A DNA stretch of 64,000 bases, taken from Microgenomates group bacterium (lineage in GTDB: Bacteria > Patescibacteriota > Microgenomatia > UBA10105 > UBA927). The first letter of the stretch is position 1. Each line of letters starts with the position of its first letter. Both the position numbers and the translations under genes were made by a program. Shown piece by piece: positions 29,185 to 38,750 of this stretch. Location of the stretch: assembly GCA_049287205.1 (NCBI GenBank), contig JBAQFJ010000001.1:191041-255040 (forward strand), in the 5' to 3' direction. The notes below the pieces were generated by a model that was not told the DNA's origin, made no database searches, and saw nothing but the letters and a program-made list of their open reading frames with translations.

Positions 29185-30006
29185 ATGTCAGAATCAATAA
29201 ATGAAATGCCAAAAGATGATGAAGCTGCATATCTGAGTTGGCAAAAAGCATTAGAAGAGGACACCTTACATGATGATCCACGTCTGCTTCCGGATACTGT
29301 TTCTACGGATGAATTTTTGCGTGTTGAAAAGAAAGCGGAAGTTGCAGAAAAAAAAGCTGTAGAAGCAGAAAAAGTTGCGCTTATTGATGAAAAAACAGGA
29401 CTTCCAAACGGAGCGGCTTTTCAACAGAGACTAGAACAATTTCATGCATCTCATACATCTGGTGCACTTATTATCATGGATTTGAATGGATTAAAGATTG
29501 TAAATGATGAAATGGGCGGACATGCAGTGGGAGATCATCTTTTAATTGCTATTGCAACAGAGCTTCGGCTCAACACATCCGAACAAGATTTTGTCGCGAG
29601 AATGAATGATAAAGGAGGAGATGAATTTGCAGTTTTGTTGCCTGGTTTATCTAAAACAAAATTGTCAGTTGTATTGCAACGGCTTCAGAAATTATTCCCT
29701 GGAGGATTTGATGAACAGGATCATTTAATACCAACGGTTTCTATCGGCGCAGTGCATACAGACGATATTGGCGATGCAGAGCGTTCTTCTTTACGTGATT
29801 GTGCTGACTACGCGATGTATAAAGCAAAACATCTGGCAAAAGCAGCTCCTTCGATTACGGAACATAATATGCATTTAGATACCGTATACACGTTACGGAA
29901 ACCGACTGCGTCCTATGTCTATAATCCGCAAGAGGATGGTCCTGTCTTAACAGTGAGAGACGCCCTTGCATCATTTCAGGCACAGCCACAAGCTCGCTTG
30001 AAATAA
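29185..30006 (+). CDS. GGDEF-domain protein (putative diguanylate cyclase)
   Basis: DEKTGLPN, GGDEF (KGGDEFAVLL) and IGAVHT motifs are present. There is an N-terminal coiled-coil region. Confidence 0.8.
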   Translation: MSESINEMPKDDEAAYLSWQKALEEDTLHDDPRLLPDTVSTDEFLRVEKKAEVAEKKAVEAEKVALIDEKTGLPNGAAFQQRLEQFHASHTSGALIIMDLNGLKIVNDEMGGHAVGDHLLIAIATELRLNTSEQDFVARMNDKGGDEFAVLLPGLSKTKLSVVLQRLQKLFPGGFDEQDHLIPTVSIGAVHTDDIGDAERSSLRDCADYAMYKAKHLAKAAPSITEHNMHLDTVYTLRKPTASYVYNPQEDGPVLTVRDALASFQAQPQARLK

Positions 30007-30132
30007 TCGCGTTCTTCTGGTATACTCCCTCTATTACACACGTTCGCATTTGTATCTTCTCTCTGGGTTTCCAGGGGAAGCGGACGGAGGAAAAAGAAGA
30101 TACACCGGATTTTAGCTTGTATAAATCATAAG

Positions 30133-30160
30133 CGCTCCAGTGTATAGGAGCGTTTTTTTT
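30133..30160 (+). terminator. Intrinsic terminator after the GGDEF gene
   Basis: Stem cgctcc, loop agtgtata, stem ggagcg, then tttttttt. Confidence 0.7.
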
Positions 30161-30256
30161 GATTCGTTAGTTAATACGTGAGTTTTACGAACGAATTTAC
30201 TAACGATCAATCCGCCGTAGCCCCAACAGGGCGAAGGTGGAAGGAGTCAAAATAGT

Positions 30257-31204
30257 ATGAAAGAAGTAACATTGCAGGAATTACTCGAAGCTGGATGTCA
30301 TTTTGGCCACAAATCAGAACGGTGGCACCCAAAAGCATCCAAGTTTATCTACGTTGAAAAAGATGGTATTCATATCATTGATTTAGCCAAAACCAAGGCT
30401 GGCCTTGAAGAAGCAGCCGGGTTTGTTCGTGACCTCGTGGCAGGTGGCAGCGAAATTTTGTTTGTTGGAACCAAGAGACAAGCAAAAGGAATTGTGAAAA
30501 CAGAAGGTGTTCGCGCAGAAGCTCCATATATTACAGAACGATGGATTGGTGGATTTTTGACCAACTGGGATGGTATCCACAAAAATATTCAAAAAATTAT
30601 CCGTATGCAGGAAGAAGAAGCAACGGGTAAATGGAAGAAATTTCCAAAGCATGAACAGATGAAAATGGGACGATACCTTCGAAGACTTAACGTCTTTTAC
30701 GGTGGTGTGTTGAAGCTTGATGTTCCTCCACAGGCACTCTTTATCATAGATGTGAAGAAAGAAATTGCCGCAGTGAGAGAAGCTGTGAGAATCGGTGTTC
30801 CGGTGGTAGCTATCGTTGACACAAATTCAGATCCAACCGGTATTGAACATGTGATTCCTGCAAATGATGATGCAGTCGGATCTGTGACACTCATTACCCA
30901 GACCATTGCAAATGCATATATCGAAGGAAAAGCCGAAGCTTTAAAAAATTCCGTCGACGCTAAAGCTGCGGCGGACAAGGCAGCAGAAAAAGCAAAAAAA
31001 GAAGCGGTAAAAACAACGGATGTGAATGAAGAAATAAAAAAAGAAGAAAAACGAGTGGCTGAAGAAATTACGGCAACACTGACAGTTGAAGCAAAACCTC
31101 GGCCAAAGGCCGATCAGCCTTTGGTTAAAAAAGCAGTCAAAAAACCGCGAGTGGCAAAAACGGCCCCTGCAAAAGCTGTGGCCGAAAAGAAAGAAACTGT
31201 ATAA
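30257..31204 (+). CDS. rpsB: 30S ribosomal protein S2, with a Lys/Ala-rich C-terminal extension
   Basis: ELLEAGCHFGHKSERWHPK is the S2 signature. SD ggaagg lies upstream. Confidence 0.95.
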   Translation: MKEVTLQELLEAGCHFGHKSERWHPKASKFIYVEKDGIHIIDLAKTKAGLEEAAGFVRDLVAGGSEILFVGTKRQAKGIVKTEGVRAEAPYITERWIGGFLTNWDGIHKNIQKIIRMQEEEATGKWKKFPKHEQMKMGRYLRRLNVFYGGVLKLDVPPQALFIIDVKKEIAAVREAVRIGVPVVAIVDTNSDPTGIEHVIPANDDAVGSVTLITQTIANAYIEGKAEALKNSVDAKAAADKAAEKAKKEAVKTTDVNEEIKKEEKRVAEEITATLTVEAKPRPKADQPLVKKAVKKPRVAKTAPAKAVAEKKETV

Positions 31205-31225
31205 TAGTTGATAAGGAGTAAACTC

Positions 31226-31696
31226 ATGAATTTTTCACTTGATTTATTAAAAAAGCTTCGTGAAGAAACACAGGCAGGGGTTGCTGATTGTAAAAAGGCC
31301 TTGGACGAATCCAAAGGTGATTATAAAAAAGCCATGGAGCTGTTGAAGTCATGGGGTATCGAGAAAGCAGCTAAAAAAGGTGATCGGGAAACTGCAGTTG
31401 GCATTATCGAATCCTATGTGCATGCAAATTCCAAGGTTGGTGTTTTGGTTGAAGTCAGATGTGAAACAGATTTTGTGGCAAAGAATGAAGAATTCAAAAA
31501 ACTTGCTCATGAACTTGCTTTGCAGATTGCGGCGATGGATCCAAAAAACGTGGACGAACTGTTAAAAAGTTCATACATCCGTGATGGAAAAACCACGATG
31601 GGGGATCTTGTAAAACAGACGATCACCAAAATTGGTGAAAACATAACTGTTGTGCAGTTTACCCGCATGCAGCTGGATAAAAAAGAATTGGTCTGA
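31226..31696 (+). CDS. tsf: Elongation factor Ts (short form)
   Basis: GVADCKKALDES and VEVRCETDFVAKNEEF are present. SD aaggag lies 7 nt upstream of ATG 31226. Confidence 0.9.
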   Translation: MNFSLDLLKKLREETQAGVADCKKALDESKGDYKKAMELLKSWGIEKAAKKGDRETAVGIIESYVHANSKVGVLVEVRCETDFVAKNEEFKKLAHELALQIAAMDPKNVDELLKSSYIRDGKTTMGDLVKQTITKIGENITVVQFTRMQLDKKELV

Positions 31697-31711
31697 TAGT
31701 ATAGTCTTACT

Positions 31712-32275
31712 ATGATAGATACCATCCTATCCCTTGCGCAGGGGAAAATGCGTAAAGCAATAGAAATTACCCGCAATGATCTGTCTTCCATCAGATCCGG
31801 TCGTGCAACTGGTGCATTGGTAGAAAATATTATCATCACCGCATACGACGGAACCCAGAAATTGAAACTTCAGGAAATGGCAACCATTGGTGTTCCTGAT
31901 GCAAAAACCATTGTGATTACCCCGTATGATCCGAGCGTTGCGCAGGATATCATCAAAAGTATTCAAGGATCCGACACGGGTATGAATCCCGTATCTGACG
32001 GGGAAGTCATCCGTATTACGATTCCTCCAATGAGTCAGGAACAACGTGAAGAATATATCAAGCTTGCACGCACGAAACTTGAAGGTGGTCGCATTATGGT
32101 TCGTCAAATCCGTCAGGAAGCAATGAAAGATTTGAAAAAAGAAGTGGAAAGCGGAACATTGACTGAAGATCAGCAAAAGGTCGGTGAGAAAAAAGTACAG
32201 GAGCTCACTGATGAGATGATTTCCGAAGTTGATGCAACTGGCGAGAAAAAAGAAGCGGAACTCATGCAAATTTAA
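31712..32275 (+). CDS. frr: Ribosome recycling factor
   Basis: LSSIRSGRATGALVENI...RITIPPMSQEQREE is canonical RRF. Confidence 0.95.
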   Translation: MIDTILSLAQGKMRKAIEITRNDLSSIRSGRATGALVENIIITAYDGTQKLKLQEMATIGVPDAKTIVITPYDPSVAQDIIKSIQGSDTGMNPVSDGEVIRITIPPMSQEQREEYIKLARTKLEGGRIMVRQIRQEAMKDLKKEVESGTLTEDQQKVGEKKVQELTDEMISEVDATGEKKEAELMQI

Positions 32276-32322
32276 TTAGTTTATTGGCTTATTGGTCGGA
32301 TTGGCAATTATTGGTTTATTGT

Positions 32323-33426
32323 ATGTTCCTCACTGCCGTAACGTTTATTATTATTTTGAGCTTGCTCGTGATGATTCACGAGCTTGGGCATTATACTGTC
32401 GCACGTCTTTTCGGCGTTCATGTAGAAGAATTCGGATTTGGACTTCCTCCTCGGATTTGGGGTAAAAAAATCAAAGGCACGATCTATTCCATTAACTGGC
32501 TTCCTATCGGCGGATTTGTAAAACTTGCGGGGGAAGATGAAGAAGATGTTGACCGTGAAAAAAAGAAAATTACATCGGCGAGTGTGAGAAACACATACTT
32601 CTGGGCGAAGTCCCGCGGACAGAGAGCACTTATTTTGTGTGCGGGCGTGTTCATGAATTTTCTGCTTGCTGTTGGTATCACCACCTATCTGTTGACTCGT
32701 GGCGTGACGGAGCCAACTAAAATTGTGCATGTGGAATCTGTGACGGCAAACAGTCCCGCAGCACTCGGCGGACTCAAAGAGCAGGATATCATGAAGTCAA
32801 TCCAATACGCAGATGCTGGCGGTGTGCAGACAAAAAATCTTGAAACTCCGGATGAACTTATTTCTATTGTGAAAGCGCATGCAGGGACGACTGTGACGCT
32901 TTCAATTGTTCGAAATGCTGAACCGATTACTGTATCATTAATTCCGCGAACGAACCCGCCTGAGGGAGAAGGTCCTTTGGGGGTAGCAGTGTCAAATCTG
33001 GAAAAGCACAAATATCCGTTATCCAAAGCGCCGTTTATGGCGGTGAAAATTAATGTCGAACGTATGTGGACAATGCTTACTTCGCTTGGATCTGTCATTT
33101 CCAAATTGGTGATGGGAGACAAGCTCGCATCAGGGGAAATTTCAGGGCCGATCGGGATTGCACAGGTGACGGGCGAAGCAGTGAAATACGGATTTGATGC
33201 CGTCCTTGAATTTATGGCGATTCTTTCTTTAAATTTGGCACTCTTAAATATTCTTCCATTTCCAGCGCTTGACGGGGGACGACTCGCATTCGTCATTGCC
33301 GATAAATTCGGCAAAAAAGCTCGACCTGCCGTTGAACGCATGATTCACCAAATCGGCATGATTATTTTGATGGCTCTTATTCTTCTTGTAACGGTTAACG
33401 ACATCTTGAGGATCGTGAGGGGATAA
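32323..33426 (+). CDS. rseP: RIP (regulated intramembrane proteolysis) zinc metalloprotease, site-2 protease
   Basis: HELGH zinc-binding motif, a PDZ region, and LNLLPFPALDGGR are present. Confidence 0.85.
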   Translation: MFLTAVTFIIILSLLVMIHELGHYTVARLFGVHVEEFGFGLPPRIWGKKIKGTIYSINWLPIGGFVKLAGEDEEDVDREKKKITSASVRNTYFWAKSRGQRALILCAGVFMNFLLAVGITTYLLTRGVTEPTKIVHVESVTANSPAALGGLKEQDIMKSIQYADAGGVQTKNLETPDELISIVKAHAGTTVTLSIVRNAEPITVSLIPRTNPPEGEGPLGVAVSNLEKHKYPLSKAPFMAVKINVERMWTMLTSLGSVISKLVMGDKLASGEISGPIGIAQVTGEAVKYGFDAVLEFMAILSLNLALLNILPFPALDGGRLAFVIADKFGKKARPAVERMIHQIGMIILMALILLVTVNDILRIVRG

Positions 33427-33485
33427 AAATAAAATTACTTCTCTTGTTTTTCATATATTGTTGGTATATATTACTTATATACATG

Positions 33486-33617
33486 CATTCCGAGATCCGA
33501 CCGGAATAAGGCAGTTTCGCTAATAACGAAAACGGGTGAGCCCGTCATAGCAAAATAAGAAGTAAATAAGGTGGTACCACGAATTTACCGTTCGTCCTTA
33601 TAGGAGAACGGTTTTTT
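33486..33617 (+). promoter_or_regulatory. Putative T-box riboswitch leader (proline-type) with an intrinsic terminator
   Basis: The T-box-like sequence AAGGTGGTACCACG (33568-33581) is immediately followed by the terminator ccgttcgtcct, loop tat, aggagaacgg, then tttttt (33588-33617). Upstream hairpins include attccg-AGATCCGAC-cggaat, whose loop carries CCG followed by A. Confidence 0.55.
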
Positions 33618-33638
33618 ATTGGAAAAAAGGAGGATACC

Positions 33639-33974
33639 ATGTCAATGTATGATAATTTTCAGTCTCTCGACGTTCGAGTTGGAAAGATTGTGGGTGTTGA
33701 AGATTTTCCGGAAGCTCGAAAACCCGCATATAAACTGATTATTGATTTCGGTTTAGAAATTGGACAGAAACGGTCAAGTGTCCAAATCGTAAAGTACTAT
33801 AAAAAAGAAGAGCTTGTTGGTAAAAAAGTACTCGGAGTTGTAAATTTTCCTCCTCGTCAAATCGGTCCTTTTATTTCCGAATGCTTGACGTTGGGAGTGC
33901 CGGATGAAAGTCATGACTGCATCTTGATTGTTCCCGATAAAGTTAATGCAGTAATTGGTGGTAAACTATATTAA
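33639..33974 (+). CDS. tRNA-binding-domain protein (CsaA/Trbp111/Myf-like)
   Basis: LDVRVGKIVGVEDFPEARKPAYKLIIDFG...VLGVVNFPPRQIGPFISECLTLG is present. Strong SD aggagg. Confidence 0.8.
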   Translation: MSMYDNFQSLDVRVGKIVGVEDFPEARKPAYKLIIDFGLEIGQKRSSVQIVKYYKKEELVGKKVLGVVNFPPRQIGPFISECLTLGVPDESHDCILIVPDKVNAVIGGKLY

Positions 33975-33985
33975 AGGTACATATT

Positions 33986-35431
33986 ATGAAACAATTTGAT
34001 AAAAAAGACGCAAAGAAAAAACTCGATAATATTTCTGACTGGTATAACGATATTGTTCTCAAAGCAGAACTTGCAGATTACGGTCCTGTCAGGGGAACAA
34101 TGGTTATCCGGCCATACGGCTATGCAATTTGGGAGACGGTGCAGCATATTTTTGACAAGATGATCAAAGCTGCAGGGGTGGAAAATGCGTATTTTCCTAT
34201 GTTTATCCCTGAATCGCTCCTCAAAAAAGAAAAAGAACATGTGGAAGGATTTTCTCCGGAACTTGCAGTTGTTACTCATGCGGGCGGGGAAAAGCTTACA
34301 GAGCCGTTGATTGTGAGACCTACGTCGGAAACGATTATGTATTCCATGTACGCCAAATGGGTGAAAAGCTGGAGGGATTTGCCGCTGCTTCTCAATCAAT
34401 GGTGTAATATTGTGCGTTGGGAAAAACGAACCTATCTGTTTTTGCGTACGACGGAATTTTTGTGGCAGGAAGGGCATACCGCACATGCCAGCCATGAAGA
34501 GGGAATCGCATTTGCCTTGAAAGCACACGAATGGTACAGGCAAATTTTTGAAGACTATTTCGCGATGCCGGTTCTCTTGGGCAAGAAAAGCAAAACTGAA
34601 CAATTTGCTGGTGCTGCAACAACCTTTACGGTTGAAAGTTTGATGCCGGATGGAAAAGCTTTGCAAGCAGCAACATCTCATGATTTAGGACAGAATTTTT
34701 CTAAAGTGTTTGATATTCAATTTCAAGATAAAGAAAAGAAGTTAGAATACGCATGGCAAACTTCGTGGGGACTCTCGACACGGGCACTTGGTGGACTGTT
34801 TTTGACACATGGGGATGATGCAGGACTCATTCTTCCTCCAAAGGTTGCGCCTATCCAGCTAGTCATCGTACCGATCCTATCTTCAAAAATGACACCGAAA
34901 AAAGATCAGCCGCAGTATGTGAAACGGATTACTGACGCATTTATTTCTCAAGGAATTCGCGTCAAACTGGATGATACGGATGACAGCCCGGGACGGAAAT
35001 TCAACAAATGGGAAATGAAAGGCGTGCCGATGCGTATTGAGATTGGCGTGAAAGAAACAGATGATGAAACTGTAACACTTGTTTTCCGTGATACGGGAGA
35101 AAAGAAAACAATGCCGTGGAAAGAAGCAGTGATGCAGATTGATGATGAACTTGCAGCGATGCAGGTGCGACTTTTTGAAAAACAAAAAGCATTCTTAAAA
35201 AGCCGTACATACACTGTTTCATCATATGATGAATTCAAAAAGATTATGAGTACGACAAAAGGATTTATCAGCGCCTTGTGGTGTGAGGATGCCGCATGTG
35301 AAAAAGCAATCAAGGATGAAACAAAAGCAACAACTAGGTGTTTACCAATGGATGCGCATGAGGAAAAAGGTGTGTGTGTACATTGCGGAAAACCAAGTAC
35401 TCACCGTTGGATTTTCGGACAAAGTTATTGA
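33986..35431 (+). CDS. proS: Prolyl-tRNA synthetase (archaeal/eukaryote-like short form with a C-terminal zinc-binding domain)
   Basis: Class II motifs are present. The N-terminus is ISDWYNDIVLKAELADYGPVRGTMVIRPYGYAIWE. The C-terminus is CVHCGKPSTHRWIFGQSY. Length is 481 aa. Confidence 0.95.
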   Translation: MKQFDKKDAKKKLDNISDWYNDIVLKAELADYGPVRGTMVIRPYGYAIWETVQHIFDKMIKAAGVENAYFPMFIPESLLKKEKEHVEGFSPELAVVTHAGGEKLTEPLIVRPTSETIMYSMYAKWVKSWRDLPLLLNQWCNIVRWEKRTYLFLRTTEFLWQEGHTAHASHEEGIAFALKAHEWYRQIFEDYFAMPVLLGKKSKTEQFAGAATTFTVESLMPDGKALQAATSHDLGQNFSKVFDIQFQDKEKKLEYAWQTSWGLSTRALGGLFLTHGDDAGLILPPKVAPIQLVIVPILSSKMTPKKDQPQYVKRITDAFISQGIRVKLDDTDDSPGRKFNKWEMKGVPMRIEIGVKETDDETVTLVFRDTGEKKTMPWKEAVMQIDDELAAMQVRLFEKQKAFLKSRTYTVSSYDEFKKIMSTTKGFISALWCEDAACEKAIKDETKATTRCLPMDAHEEKGVCVHCGKPSTHRWIFGQSY

Positions 35432-35432
35432 T

Positions 35433-35888
35433 ATGGTAAAACACTACACGTCAACTGCAGTGTTGGTTACGGATACTAAACCTCGAAAAGTTCTTTTGGG
35501 ACTTCATCAAAAACTACAGATGTGGCTACCACCTGGTGGGCATCAGGAAGCAAATGAAAACCCCTTTGAGTGTTTGATACGGGAGGTTCTTGAGGAAACG
35601 GGATTTGATGTGACATCGTATTTGCCGAAATCACAGAAGTTGGATGAACGGGTCAATTCGCTTGCCATTCCTGATTATCTGTTTGAGGAACCGATTCCCG
35701 CGCGTGGTGACACGTCAGAACATATTCATATGGATTTTGTGTATGTTATTGTTGTTCCAGAATTTGAGCCGCACTTTTCTGAACGCGAATATGCCCAGAT
35801 GCGATGGTTTGGTGAGGGAGATGTTGAAGATCTTGCGTTATACCCAAATATCAAAGAAATTATTCTTCCTCGGTGTTTTTCCAAATAA
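35433..35888 (+). CDS. NUDIX hydrolase
   Basis: Nudix box PGGHQEANENPFECLIREVLEETGF is present. Confidence 0.8.
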   Translation: MVKHYTSTAVLVTDTKPRKVLLGLHQKLQMWLPPGGHQEANENPFECLIREVLEETGFDVTSYLPKSQKLDERVNSLAIPDYLFEEPIPARGDTSEHIHMDFVYVIVVPEFEPHFSEREYAQMRWFGEGDVEDLALYPNIKEIILPRCFSK

Positions 35889-35892
35889 AAAG

Positions 35893-35945
35893 CCCTTGAT
35901 AAGTTTTGATTGTGCCTTACCAAGGGCGGTGGTGTTTTGTGATAT
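35893..35945. terminator. Bidirectional hairpin terminator between convergent genes
   Basis: gcccttgataag, 12-nt loop, cttaccaagggc, with T-rich flanks. Confidence 0.5.
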
Positions 35946-35947
35946 TG

Positions 35948-36184
35948 TTAAAAACTGCGACCTACTGTGTACTCACCAAATTTTGTACTTGCATCATGCA
36001 TTATTCCGGTACACGCGATATGGTATTGTTCAAGTAATTGGGTGATGATAGGCATCCAGTAAAACGGATTATATTCTGTAAAGCCAAGACTTACTACAGT
36101 GTTTTCACCGGGTTTGACATCCTTGAGTGCTTCAGCGATTGTTTTTACTACTTCATCTTGCGTTGGTCTCTTTTGTTGCGCCAT
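35948..36184 (-). CDS. Hypothetical small protein
   Basis: ORF with SD aagagga upstream of ATG 36184. No homology was recognised. Confidence 0.45.
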   Translation of the reverse strand: MAQQKRPTQDEVVKTIAEALKDVKPGENTVVSLGFTEYNPFYWMPIITQLLEQYHIACTGIMHDASTKFGEYTVGRSF

Positions 36185-36370
36185 AATTTCCTCTTTTCTT
36201 GGATTCCTGAATGGGTGAGTAAACAATATCGTATTAAAAAATAATGAGCGATGATGTTGTAACGATGATGGTAATGCTATATATTGCCTTTCATTAACAA
36301 CTATGGGGCATTATAACACGCTATCTGTCGATCTTCACCTCATGGTAGGTTTTCAGGTATAATGAGTGGT

Positions 36371-37195
36371 ATGAAAACGATTATCACCCATTTTGCTCCT
36401 GATCTTGATGCCATTACCTCTGTGTGGCTTCTCAAGACATTTGTGCCGGATTTGAAAGAAGCGGCAATCGCATTTGTGCCCGCGGGGAAGACACTCAATG
36501 GTATGGCACCTGACAGCGATCCTGAAATTATTCATGTTGATACAGGCTACGGGAAATTTGATCATCATCAGACAAATGATGATACGTGTGCGGCACTGTT
36601 GGTCTATCAATCCTTAGGGAAAAAAGATGAGGCACTGGAGCGGCTCCTTCATGTGGTGAATGATGTGGATCATTTTAAGGAAGTATTTTATCCCAATCCG
36701 ACTGCTGATTTTTATGATTTATCCCTTCCCGTCATCATCGATGGGTTGCAACTGAATATGGTGGATAACCCTGTCGGCATGATGGATACGGTCATGGATT
36801 GTTTGGACGGAGCATACAAGATGTTTCAAAATAAAGTATGGGCAGAAATTGATATTAAAGATAATGCAATCCAATTTGATACAAAATTTGGCAAGGCATT
36901 TGGTATCGAAACAGTGAATCGGGAAGTGGTGCACTACGGACAGAAAATGGGATTTGTTTTGGTGGTCAGGAAAGATCCGAAAAACGGAAACGCGCAGATT
37001 AAAACCATTCCAAATGATGACATTGATCTTACGGCTATCTATGAAGTGCTTCTGAAAAAAGATGCGTCAGCCACATGGTTTTTACATCCAAGCCTTCACA
37101 TGCTTCTCAATGGAAGCGCAAAAAATCCTGATATGAAACCGACCAGCTTATCTCTTGAGGCGCTCATCGCCGAGGTAAAAACAATCTATGGATAA
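36371..37195 (+). CDS. DHH-family phosphoesterase (NrnA-like), putative
   Basis: THFAPDLDAITS and HVDTGYGKFDHHQ (DHH motif) are present. TATAAT lies at 36355-36360. Confidence 0.65.
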   Translation: MKTIITHFAPDLDAITSVWLLKTFVPDLKEAAIAFVPAGKTLNGMAPDSDPEIIHVDTGYGKFDHHQTNDDTCAALLVYQSLGKKDEALERLLHVVNDVDHFKEVFYPNPTADFYDLSLPVIIDGLQLNMVDNPVGMMDTVMDCLDGAYKMFQNKVWAEIDIKDNAIQFDTKFGKAFGIETVNREVVHYGQKMGFVLVVRKDPKNGNAQIKTIPNDDIDLTAIYEVLLKKDASATWFLHPSLHMLLNGSAKNPDMKPTSLSLEALIAEVKTIYG

Positions 37196-37598
37196 CTGTT
37201 TATTTTGCAATATCGTTGCTGGTTCTTCTCCTTCATATACCGTGTATGAAGATGACAAAACAAAAGCATTTTTGGATATTTTTCCATCAACTCAGGGGCA
37301 TGTCGTTGTAATTTTGAAAAAACACGGATGGGCGATTGGCGATTATACGCCGGAAGAACTGGGTACACTCATGGGTACGGTGCAAAAGGTGGTTGCAGCA
37401 CTTACCGTAGCATTCAAGACGGAAGTATTTACTATTGGCATGAATCACAAGGAAGAAAATGGTGTGCATCACCTGCATATTCATGTGTTGCCGCGGTTTT
37501 TCGATGACAAGGGCAGTGTGATACAATCAGTAGTTGAACGAGAGGGAAAAGACTCTCTTACAGAAACGCAAGAAAAAATTAAAAAAGAAATTCGGTGA
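37188..37598 (+). CDS. HIT-family (histidine triad) hydrolase
   Basis: CLFCNIV... and VHHLHIHVLPR (HxHxHxx) are present. Confidence 0.85.
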   Translation: MDNCLFCNIVAGSSPSYTVYEDDKTKAFLDIFPSTQGHVVVILKKHGWAIGDYTPEELGTLMGTVQKVVAALTVAFKTEVFTIGMNHKEENGVHHLHIHVLPRFFDDKGSVIQSVVEREGKDSLTETQEKIKKEIR

Positions 37599-37617
37599 GG
37601 AGGTGTTCTAATATTTT

Positions 37618-37806
37618 ATGGTATTTGTAAAAGCACAACCAGGAGATAATTCAGATTCATTAATTCGTAAATTTACTCGTAAAGTCCTTACGGAAGGTAT
37701 TTTGCAGGACTTGAAGAAACGGGAATTTTATCAGAAACCGGCTGAAATCAAAAAAGAAAAAAAGCGCGACTTGGCACGACGATTACGTCACCCAGGAAGA
37801 ATATAA
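37618..37806 (+). CDS. rpsU: 30S ribosomal protein S21
   Basis: MVFVKAQPGDNSDSLIRKFTRKV...RREFYQKPAEIKKEKKR is S21. SD ggaggtg. Confidence 0.9.
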   Translation: MVFVKAQPGDNSDSLIRKFTRKVLTEGILQDLKKREFYQKPAEIKKEKKRDLARRLRHPGRI

Positions 37807-37819
37807 GGAGCAACTCTTT

Positions 37820-38266
37820 ATGATGCTTGATACGTTAAAAGCTGACCTCGTCACGGCGATGAAAGCACACGACCAAATGGCAGTGGATACCATTCGTTTT
37901 TTGCTGTCTGCAATTCGGAATATGGCAATTGCCAAATATGGGGCAGCAAGTGATACTGCACTTACAGATAGCGACGTTGCTGATACGATCAAAAAGCAAG
38001 TGAAAACGCACAAGGAAAGTATTGAGGCTTTTAAAACTGCAGGCCGAGATGAGCTTGTGAATAAGGAATCAGGGGAACTTGCAGTATTGGAGCGATATGT
38101 TCCTGCGGAAATGAGTGATGAAGAGCTAAAAAATTTACTTGCACCTGTTGCCGCGTCCGGTGAGCCAAACTTCGGTTTATTGATGAGGAATGCAATGCAA
38201 GTGGTAGCTGGGAAAGCAGACGGCGCACGCGTATCTTCCATCCTCAAAAGCCTGATTGCAAAATAA
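37820..38266 (+). CDS. yqeY: GatB/YqeY-domain protein
   Basis: LKADLVTAMKAHDQMAVDTIRFLLSAIRN is the YqeY family. It sits in the conserved position after rpsU. Confidence 0.85.
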   Translation: MMLDTLKADLVTAMKAHDQMAVDTIRFLLSAIRNMAIAKYGAASDTALTDSDVADTIKKQVKTHKESIEAFKTAGRDELVNKESGELAVLERYVPAEMSDEELKNLLAPVAASGEPNFGLLMRNAMQVVAGKADGARVSSILKSLIAK

Positions 38267-38267
38267 T

Positions 38268-38669
38268 ATGGTGACTGTAACTATTCAGACAGAATCCCGC
38301 TACCCGATTGCACGAAAAAAAATAACAAAAGCTATTCAGGATTTTTTGGTAGGGAAAATTGAGAGTGATGCTGATGTGAGTGTTTCTTTTGTCGGGGACA
38401 GGAAAATTCATGAGTTGAATAAAACATACCGGAAAAAAGATTATCCGACCGATGTTCTGTCATTTCCATTGTACGATCCCACCCAACCGAGTCCTGTTTC
38501 ATTTGTAGGACCGCCTGATGATATTCTCCATTTAGGAGACATTGTTGTTTCCTATCCAATGGCGGTGAAAGAAGCAGGGGAACAAGAAAAAATGGTGGAT
38601 GACATGATTGAATTTTTGGTGCTGCACGGACTTGATCATCTTCTTGGAAATCATCATCCTGAGGAGTAA
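38268..38669 (+). CDS. ybeY: rRNA maturation endoribonuclease YbeY
   Basis: DVLSFP and HGLDHLLGNHH (H3xH5xH) are present. Confidence 0.85.
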   Translation: MVTVTIQTESRYPIARKKITKAIQDFLVGKIESDADVSVSFVGDRKIHELNKTYRKKDYPTDVLSFPLYDPTQPSPVSFVGPPDDILHLGDIVVSYPMAVKEAGEQEKMVDDMIEFLVLHGLDHLLGNHHPEE

Positions 38670-38750
38670 ATACATACCAATAATTACCAATTTCCAATAC
38701 ATACCAATATAGTGTATTATCATTTGGTATTAGATATCCAAATGTAAATT

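Noticed and set aside
31208-31225. Upstream TTG start for tsf
   Set aside because: ATG 31226 is preceded by a well-spaced AAGGAG SD, and EF-Ts homologues begin there.
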